Positions 55,143-64,000 of a DNA stretch of 64,000 nucleotides are shown here, one piece after another. The position numbers and the translations under genes were made by a program. Source of the DNA: Chrysomallon squamiferum (Eukaryota; Animalia; Mollusca); contig CM022673.1 of assembly GCA_012295275.1 (NCBI GenBank), positions 1,426,001 to 1,490,000 of the forward strand. The letters run 5' to 3'. Position 1 is the stretch's first letter, and the number at the start of each line of letters is the position of its first letter. The notes under the pieces are model-generated. The model saw nothing but the letters and a program-made list of their open reading frames with translations, had not been told where the DNA came from and did no database searches.

Positions 55143-55633
55143 TTTTTTTTTTTTTTACTGTGCCTTAGATATATATCTTGAGCATTATTAAAAATAAATT
55201 TATAATGCCTGTTTGTATGTATGTGCACACTGTGAGCTTGTATGCATGGCTGTCTGACAACTGCAGGTAAAACCTCACAAAAAAAGGTGACAGGTGAATT
55301 TTGAAAAGTGGAGACTCCTTTTAAATCTGAATTTGAATAACCATTGAAATTTTGTTTGGTTTGGAGTTTTTCGTTTGATTTTTTTTTCTACTTCATTATA
55401 ATTAAACTTTCATGTATTCCTTTCTTTACATGATAGTATAGTTCTTTTATAGTAATAAAACTTAACAATATTCTGTATGTCTGTAAACGAGACTTTCACT
55501 CATTTTTAGAAAGTTAAATATAATTATTTTTTTGTATACTGATAAAGAGTGCAGCTGTGTACAGTGAACTGTTTGCCCCACATTTTATTTGTCTGTTGAT
55601 TTACCATGCATTTTAGATAACACAGTGACTCAC

Positions 55634-55751
55634 CCTTTGAATGATTATAATATCGATTCAGAATTTCTTTCCCATTTTTAATACCGAGGCTTGCAAAAAA
55701 AGAATATAAAAAAGGTGGCAGCTGTCTTGTGAACATTTGTTCTGTGTTTTC
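55634..55751 (-). pseudogene. Nested antisense gene relic: post-Tudor exon ENTEQMFTRQLPPFLYSFFASLGIK...
   Basis: gctcag acceptor, open 118 nt, strong donor GG|GTGAGT. RQLPPFL..F.A resembles the LR.LP..F..LP.QA motif that follows extended Tudor domains. Confidence 0.4.
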
Positions 55752-56975
55752 CTGAGCATTTCATTTCAACAAATGTAAACATTTGATGTTGCATCACTGT
55801 GAAATATATTGAGTTCATTACAGAACATTTGAAAAAAGAACAGAAATAGAATTGGTAATAATGATAATGATGATGATGATGAAGATAAATAAAAATGAAA
55901 ATAATAATAAAAAGATGATGATGATTATAAAAACTGAAATAATAATAATAAAAGAAATGTGGTATTTGCTTTGCAGGAAAATGCAATACACAGTAAAATT
56001 TAATACTATAAATGATACGGACATCAAAAGTATGTGAATAGTAGAGCTGCGAGCGACTGAAACACATTTACTGCCTTGCTGAATGTGTTTTGATACCTCA
56101 TTAGCATTTGTGTTTATTAAACATGTTGAATGTACCATCTGCATTAGAATAAGAGAACCCTTTGGAATGACTGTCATCTTGTAAACATTTTTTTTTTTTT
56201 TTTGTAATGATAAAGACTTAATGGAACATGGGATTTTGTGTACAAATAAATATATTCTCTATTCAGGTATAAGATAAATAACTTACTGGAATGGAGAACA
56301 TCGTGTAGCAATGTATGTATCTACTTTATAGGTATAAAACAATCACTTATATATATATATATAAATCATGACTTGTTGAAAGGAGGGACATTATGTAAGA
56401 ACTATATATATCTTCTTTATAGGTATATATAAGATAAAACATATCAGAATGGAGGACATAATGTAAATATTTCTATATCCTTTGCAGTACAATAAGATTA
56501 AAATATATATTGTAATGGGGGAACTTTTATAGATTTCGTAAATTTTGACCTATTGGTGTGGGAAACATCCTGTTGCAATAAATTCTAGTTGTCAAAGAGA
56601 TGAAACAAATATTGGCAACACCTTGGCGTTTCTGTAATAAATTGTAATGATTTATTGACTGAGTTTATCAAATAGATTATTTTATTAATGCAGAAAGAGA
56701 GAAATGAAATATGAAAATAAACACAGTATTTTTGTTGATTTATAAAAATCATTTTTTCTTATCCAGTTATAATAATTTAAACCTCATGATGCTAAAATTA
56801 ATGATTTGCTAAAAATTAACATAAATTTGTTATTTTGGATATGCCATTCAACTTTAACTCTTTGTGTCATACATTTTAAATTCACACATTGATTATTTAT
56901 TCAAAGCTGTTACACAAAATAACACAAGAGAAAATTAAAAAGAAATTTAAAAAGAAAACTAAATGTAAAGACTAC

Positions 56976-57191
56976 CTTGGAATTCACTGAAACCATACAG
57001 ATCTCTCCATGGTCACAGTACACAGTAAGTAGAGGACCATCACTGACTTTATTGACCACTACACAACGGTCATCATTTTGACCTGTCCAGTGCTGATGAT
57101 GACTGTTTTTCTGGCCACAAAACACAGACTTACAACAGAATCTCTGGTGTATTGTCCTCTTAAAATAATGATTTGCCATTACATGCAATAC
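56976..57191 (-). pseudogene. Nested antisense gene relic: Tudor-domain-like exon (72 codons, phase 0-0)
   Basis: ctag| VLHVMANHYF...DRCVVVNKVSDGPLLTVYCDHGEICMVSVNSK |GTAGTC resembles Tudor RA.V.......V.V.F.DYG..E.V. Confidence 0.5.
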
Positions 57192-58049
57192 CTAGCTCAG
57201 AAGTGAAGAAAGAAGTAAATTAATGTTAATCCATAGCCCAGAATTGTCAGCTGTGTTTAGAAGTGACTGTTTATTTAGTTAGTCATCATGCTGGTAATCC
57301 ATTCCCAGTTTATCATTAGTTTTGAGAATATTCATTAATTTGCATTGTCAATGGGCTATTTTTGTTTTCTTCACCGTTACGTTATACATGATACGTTTCA
57401 AAGGTTGATGGTGTGTCATTGCTTACCAATACATTTTGAAATGTAATAACCACTGAGGGCAATTTGACATTGTAGCCATTTGCTGTCAGTGCATATTAAA
57501 TTAAATATATTTATCTAGTACCATAGGAAGGTCATTTGTACTGGATAAGATACTTGTCAGTACTTATTTTTGACCTGTAATGGATACATGATATAATGTT
57601 GAGCCTTCTTTAGCCAAAAAAATATGTATTAAATATTTAAAAAAAAGCCTTATATTCAGTCTAAGTTTAATTTTAGAGTAAGTCAGTTTATTCTCTTAAT
57701 GAAGTTAATGTTATTATTTTGAATATCCAGACAGTATGGGGACTTTAAAGCCAGGTATGACATCTTATTATGCACTATATCATCTATCAAAATCAGATAC
57801 CTGCATCCGTTGTTGATGGTTCAAGCATATGTGTTTTGTATAAGGTAATACAGCTTAATAGCCTATGTTACTTTTAATGGATTAATTAATTAATTAATTA
57901 CTGAAATCATAAAGTTTAACTAGAAATCACATTACAGCTGTGAACCCAGAACCTATCAGTCTCAAAAAAAGAAAAGCAAAAAAAAGAAAAAAATCTATCT
58001 ATCTTTTATCATAAAACCACCAAACCCAGATCACAAAATCTTATCACAG

Positions 58050-58395
58050 TTGCACAAAATGTTGTGCTGTCAAGGAAGTGTTATCACCATATAGCAGATT
58101 GCACTGTATGTCTGACAGAATGTTACTGTGAAAAAGAACTAAATTCTAATCATCTGAGTATACAAGTTATGTCAGATTTGGGGCAGTGACACAACATTCC
58201 ATTTGTGAAAACAGTTTGTAAACTGCCAAAATGTGGTTGTGTTCATGTTTCTTCATGCCAAGATTAGAACATTTATTTCTACACTAACAGCAATATGGAC
58301 AGTTAGGCCCTATTCCCACTGCACACAAGGGAAGCATTCTTTGCAAAGTTTATTGCAGGCACTGTCAACTGTTAACTGAAGTTAACTGAGACAAA
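58050..58395 (-). pseudogene. Nested antisense relic: second RING/B-box-like Cys pattern
   Basis: After tttcag: QCL(H)/KLCKECFPCVQWE*GL/CPYC with frameshifts and stops, then LCHCPKSDITCILR*LE. Confidence 0.3.
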
Positions 58396-58545
58396 CTGAA
58401 ATTAACAGAAAATTATACTATTACAACAAGATGTTTAAATATTTGTTTAATATAGGTTCAGTAAATGTGTTTTTTGTGGGTATGTGAGGTGTGTATATGT
58501 CTATATATCTGTGTGTGTGTGTGAGTGTAAGTGGTGTATGTGTAT

Positions 58546-58592
<47 letters not shown>

Positions 58593-59029
58593 AGTTAGTT
58601 AAGTGAGAAATATCTTCATAGTTATTCACTGCAATTTAACTTTTATTTAATGAAATGATTCTTCAGGCTGGGATTCTGTTGATGGAAAAAAATATGGCCA
58701 CATTAAAGTGTTTCCAAAACCTGGATCATTCATAAAAAGACACCTATTCCATGTTAGGTGCTTTAGGATTATTCCATCGCAAGTTCCAAATATTATGATG
58801 AAAAACAATTTTTTATCTTAATAAGAACATAATAAGTATATAAAATCAATAAGACAGATGGTGATGCAAGGTTACTATATTATTATTTTATCTTTGTGAT
58901 GCAAATATATATATATAGATAGATAGATAGATAGATAAAAATAACCTACAGAACTGCAGCTAGCAACAGTAAATATTTCTGAATATCCATTCTCTACATT
59001 TAGAAAGTTATTGATTAGTAGTTTTAAAT

Positions 59030-60925
59030 GAGACTGATTGATTTTGTCTAAATATCTTCTTTATCAAATGTTAATTCTGCCTCTTCAGGAATACTTTTCT
59101 GTGTTTATAAATACAATGAATTCTGCTGATGAAACAAATCTCGCCTTCAGTAATGTTCTCAATAGCTTGCAAATCAATTCGCTTATCATGCTGAATATTG
59201 ATTGTCACCTGTCAAAGGAATCCACATGTTGCATTTAATTGTCAAGTACAGATATTGTTCCCATATATTTTAGTCTTGTTATAGGCACCAGGGGCAGATC
59301 TTGGGTGTGTTTGTCAAGCAGGTTTGTTAAAGGTTTAATGTTGAAAGTCATTAATTTGAGTGTTGAATGAATTAATGAATAAATAAATAATTGAACGAAA
59401 TATCGAATAAACAAATGAATAAATTTTAAATAATATTCAATAAATTTAAATATTAATGGCTATTAGATCTACATCAAATACTCATTTAAAAAAAAAAATG
59501 TTTTATGTAATGATGACACATGAGAGGGAAACCTGCTTCTGCAACTTCATGGGTTACTCTTACTCTAGCAGCAAGGCATCTTTAATATGCGCCTTCCCAA
59601 AGACGGGAAGGCAGATACCACAGCCTTTGATAAACCACTGGTTGAGAATGGTCTGGAATGAGAAATTTCAATACGTTAGGAATTACACCAGCTATAAAAT
59701 GCTAACATCATTGAAAATATGCTATGTAATGCATTCAGTTACTGTATTGTCAATAGAATCAGCATGCTTGCTTCTTACAACTGACACAGAGTTCAAAAAC
59801 TCCACAGACAGTACTTGGATCTCTCACTGGAGAAATTATTTCAGATAAATACTGAAATTCAGCCTTCACCTTTTGCCAGTAATGAGAGTTTTGTTAAAGC
59901 AGAGAGAGAGGAAAAAACAAAAAAGAATTATAAGCACTCTGTATGCAAGCCTGTAATTTCCATGTTTTCCATTTATGTATTAGAACATTGTTTGTGTTTC
60001 AAATAGCAATAGAGAGCATTACAGCCTTGTAATTAGTTATCCTGGAATATTATACATACTAATAGGCTGATTTAAACAAAAATTATGTACATATATCAAT
60101 ACCTACATTCAGATCAACATATGGACAAAGCAACTCACACATATATAAGTATACATAATTTTACATATTTATAAGTATTTGTTTTTAAAAGTGTTTGTGA
60201 GAGATGGTGATAAAGGATTATTTAATTGTGAAAAAGGAAGAAGAAGAGAAAACACTAAAGAAAAAAAAAAAATTAAAATATTAAAAAAAAAAAAAAAAAA
60301 AAAATTGTAAGTATTCTCAAACTCACATAAGTATCTCTGTTGTTTATTTAATCTGAATGGAATATAGAAACTTTAGTGGATATTTTATGCTTGTTTAATT
60401 GCTTCTTTGTTAGATTATAATGAATCAAAACATAATTATTTAGACACTGAAAACATGTGTAGCTTTGTGAATCATTTTATAATTATACAGAGAAAATCTG
60501 TAAAGCATTATGAATCAGCAAATAATTATAAATTCAGTTCTATTTGGTAACTTATGGGCTTCTAATTTTGCATTAAACATTTAACTTTTAAAAAAAAAAA
60601 AACCTTACAGATGAAATACAAAAAATATCTACTTATTGTTGTCATTATCAAAACACATAAGTTGACACACAGATTAAAACATTAACACACTACCTGTAAG
60701 TCTGTGCCAACTGATTCAACAACTCTGCCTTTCAGAAGTTTGATTTCAAGTACTGTTTGTATTCATCTGATTCATTGCCATTCTTGCCATTCATCATCTG
60801 CCAAAATTGTTTCCTGTACCTTTAGCATTTCTGTTTAATTTCCTCAATACACTGTTGTCAGCCCTGCCATTTTGTTATTCTTGACCTCATTTCTGTTCAC
60901 CAAAAATATTTTTTGTTCAGCCAAT
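59030..60925 (-). pseudogene. Nested antisense relic: B-box C-terminal coiled-coil exons (60925-60694, 59869-59743, 59208 to about 59030)
   Basis: AG/GT-bounded with phase-0 joins: ..IQTVLEIKLLKGRVVESVGTDLQ|VKAEFQYLSEII/LQ*EIQVLSVEFL..|..AIENITEGEI../IPEEAELTFDKEDI*TKSI, resembling the TRIM2/3-type BBC region. The middle exon is 126+1 nt (one frameshift). Confidence 0.5.
59520..59667 (-). mobile_element. Best-preserved SINE-like repeat copy
   Basis: TGAGAGGGAAACCTGCT..CTTCATGGGTTACTCTTACTCTAGCAGCAAGGCATCTTTAATATGCGCCTTCCCAAAGACGGG..CAGATACCACAGCCTTTGATAAACCA..CTGGAATGAGAAAT; collinear with 2089-2225. Confidence 0.65.
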
Positions 60926-61242
60926 CTGCATTTAGAAAATAAAACACAGCTTTATTAACTTGAATTAAAGTTAATGAAATCATTAGTTTAGGACACAACT
61001 ACAAGAAAAAATACATTATAGATTTCAAAGGAAGTGATTCTGACATCGTACCAATTTAAATTACAATATAAAAGGCTTTGGCGTCCTGTCTTTATTAATT
61101 TATAAATAAATCGATAATTTCTTAACTGTAAATTTCAAAATAATTGATACTTGTAAAACTCACAATGTAATTTATTATGGGGTTATGTTATTTATTTTTC
61201 TTTCTTTTACTGTTGTTCATTAGTTTAATTAATTTATTTATC

Positions 61243-61273
<31 letters not shown>

Positions 61274-61457
61274 TATCTCATTGACTTTCATAAACTTTGC
61301 ATAATGCAAAAATAAACTAAAATACTACAACTTGATATATAATTCCAAAATTACACTGATTATGTTAAATTGATGTCATACATGAAAAAAAAATTACAGT
61401 AAACAACAAAACAAAACAAAACAATGAAGAAGAAATTTCTCTCCCTCTCCCTCTCAC

Positions 61458-61602
61458 AATTCCCCACTTGCTCATGCACAGTGCACATGCATGCTCGAAA
61501 ACTCAGACAAAAAGGAAAACACTGAAATATCCAGAAGTTGAGTTTCAGATTGTGTACAAAATGACAGTCTAGACTTGTTTGATGAGAGATTCTAACATAA
61601 CT
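61458..61602 (-). pseudogene. Nested antisense relic: B-box exon
   Basis: tacag| phase 1 continues KILCGH into ELC*NLSSNKSRLSFCTQSETQLL (B-box1-like) and, frameshifted, MCTVHEQ (B-box2 start); donor GTGAGA. Confidence 0.45.
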
Positions 61603-62790
61603 CTGTAGTAAATTTAACCTTAAAGCTGTTATTGGTGTTGACCTTTAAATTTATATTTAGATGGTTATACTATTTTAATTAACACTGATATGGTGAATGG
61701 AATTTTTTATATTTATAGATTAAAGAAAAGAAATGAAATATGAAAGAATTTTTATCTGTAATTATTATGACTAATAATTAATGTTGAATAAATTGTAAAT
61801 CAGTCATGGATAATATACAGTCTGCTTTGAATTTTTCAAATTAAACTATTTTTGTTTTATTTACTGGTTGCATGAATCAGCAAGGACAAAAAAAATAAAA
61901 AATAAAAAATAAAATAAATTAAAAACAATAACAAGGTACCCATTAATAGTTATTATTGTTACTATTGTTTTTGTTGTTTGTTTATCTTTATTATTGTTAC
62001 TCTTATAATAATAATAAAAATAATAATTGTTACATTTTTTTTTTTAACTACTAATAATTATTGTAATTAAAACAATTATATGAAAAACACAAGTGAACTC
62101 AAATGAATTTGACTAATCTTGACAGTATCATTATGTAGTTAATTATGACTGCATGTAAAGTGTTTATAAAATTTAATTCATGTCAACATAATTAATTTTT
62201 CTTATCCAATTTATAATGAGTAAGATAATGAGGAAAAGGTTAAAAAAACAGACTGTTAATTATTTTATAAACAACTCTTGAACAGTCTGATGCAAAATCA
62301 ATTACACTTTCACTAGACCATTGTGAAGTAAACTGCTATTACTATGCCTAATAAATATTTTTATTTATTTTGTAAATACAGTAAAGACATTTTTCTCATT
62401 TCTTTAAATACTTTTATGACATTTTTTATTGGAACATTAACATTTAAGTAATAATATATTTTTGTTTTTCATTTTTGTAATAAAGCCTTTTTATCAAACT
62501 CTTGATTTAAACAATAATATTAAAAAGTTACAGCACCAGTGCTTCATTCTTTTTTTTTAATATTTTGTATGAATGTTTATTTATTTACTTTTATTTTTTT
62601 TACAGTGTAGCTTTTCCAATTTATTATTTTTTAAATATTAAATTACCAATTTAAAAAAAAATAATAATAATTTACTTACAATTATTTATCATTTTTTATT
62701 TTTTTATTCTTTTAAAGAAGAAGGAATTATAAACATATTAAGCTACAAATGCTCTAGGTTTATTTAACATAAGTATTTGTTTTTTTACAG

Positions 62791-62954
62791 TGAAGGCAGC
62801 TGGCATTGTTTGTGTGTTGGGTTTTGGATTTGGTCTTGGAACACTGCTAATCTACAAGCTCTACTACAAATACATTCATCCCATTATAGATCGGGACAAA
62901 GATTCAGAGACCTCAAAGTCCAAGTTGAAGGATGAAAACTGCTGTATTTATTTG
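62791..62954 (+). CDS. Internal coding exon with TM helix: (V)KAAGIVCVLGFGFGLGTLLIYKLYYKYIHPIIDRDKDSETSKSKLKDENCCIYL
   Basis: Acceptor tttttttacag, donor TTG|GTGAGT, phase 1 to 0; hydrophobic Gly-rich segment followed by basic residues. Confidence 0.75.
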
Positions 62955-63086
62955 GTGAGTAACATGAAAGTAAAATTCTTAGCCATACTTCCACTTCCGT
63001 CAAACCTTTTTTCTGCCTGGACAAGTAAGCTGAGAAATATAAAAATAACTGTTGGATTACACCCAGGATTGAACCCAGTACCTCAC

Positions 63087-63340
63087 CATGTCCACACAGA
63101 ATCTTGTTTCCAAAGCTGTATCCCAGCATTTTGTTCATTAAAGTTGTGTCCCTGATGTCCATTGTGTATGTCAGGTGTTACTGGATTATGAGAATTATTG
63201 CAGATACACATAAATGTGATTTTTGTAGGGCTTTTTTCCAGATCAGACAATCTGCTATGGTGGCTTGAAACAGGATCATCTGGTTATTATTTCCAAATCT
63301 ATCTGTCCAATTAGCGAAAAAAACAAAGAAATTTGGACAT
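63087..63340 (-). pseudogene. Nested antisense relic: putative first (RING-like) exon
   Basis: aaaATG MSKFLC..R*SCF../ADCL../CICN../TTLMNKML..KILCGH |GTGAGG; disrupted by stops and frameshifts. Confidence 0.3.
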
Positions 63341-63380
63341 TTTATTGATTTTTTTGTCTGTTAAAAACAAGAGCTTATAG

Positions 63381-63407
63381 GATACAAGCTGCATCAGATA
63401 TCTGATG
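63381..63407 (+). CDS. Candidate 27-nt exon DTSCIRYLM of the + strand gene
   Basis: cttatag acceptor, perfect donor ATG|GTAAGT at 63408, phase 0-0 compatible with exon 62791-62954. Confidence 0.35.
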
Positions 63408-64000
63408 GTAAGTTACTGTGATATGTAACATGCATCCAAATGTAAGAAATGAGATGTTTTTAAAAAGAATGATGAGATTCCATGGTCAGGCTACTGATTT
63501 AATTATTGATGGATTCATTTGCATATAATTATATTATTACAGTGGATACAGATATTTGTTTCAAACTTTCATTATGAGGACATACTGGTTAGATTGGAAA
63601 ATTCTAATCTATTATGTCAGCTTCCACTCCCAATATACAGATATATGCACAAACATACACAAATGTACATTTATGTTCACATATGCACAAACATATACAC
63701 ATACCCAAATTCACAATCATAATACATACACATACACATGAGTGGACAAAGTGATATAATAATCAATTAACTGCATGTACGCTAGTTTTACATGTTGATT
63801 TGATGTTGACATATTTCAAATGTCAGTTATTTGTCATAACATGGTTCAAACAAAAATTTTTTTTAAAATTAAGTAAGCAGTTAACAATGAAATGCTTTGT
63901 TATGAAACCTGTGATTAATGAAACTTCAGAAACCAATTAACTTGCATTAACCCAACACAACGTCCTTAAATACTTGAAATCCCAGCGAACTAATGAATAG

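Overview
AT-rich, microsatellite-rich animal genomic DNA with spliceosomal introns. It is probably an invertebrate; the recurring SINE-like repeat resembles gastropod SINEs I remember, so the taxon is inference. Secure calls: a complete RPL15 gene (+; 5'TOP exon and 3 coding exons, 204 aa, 41662-44032), an intronless SmD2/SNRPD2 CDS (-; 45539-45898), an intact tRNA-Gln(TTG) (-; 46084-46155) and a truncated, decayed copy of that tRNA (45178-45226). The best structural signal is that SmD2 has retrogene hallmarks (no CDS introns, polyA signal, A-rich tail relic) and lies between two ~135-160 bp direct repeats that begin inside the tRNA gene. Right part: an unidentified + strand gene with a signal-anchor/TM segment (candidate exons 46328-46364, 50669-50953, 51315-51354, 62791-62954) carrying a stop-start uORF and an 89-codon overlapping alternative frame. 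It is interleaved with a decayed antisense multi-exon RING/B-box/coiled-coil + Tudor (TRIM, Qin/RNF17-like) gene relic (about 54860-63340). Left part (1-41 kb): mostly non-coding, with several candidate phase-0 alternative first exons of an unidentified - strand gene, a CpG-rich promoter-like island (about 17.8-19.0 kb), CTCF/RFX/NF-kB/nuclear-receptor motifs, minisatellites, SINE relics and a MITE-like inverted repeat. Most ORFs in the supplied track are microsatellite artefacts. All non-RPL15/SmD2/tRNA gene models were made by eye and are unvalidated.
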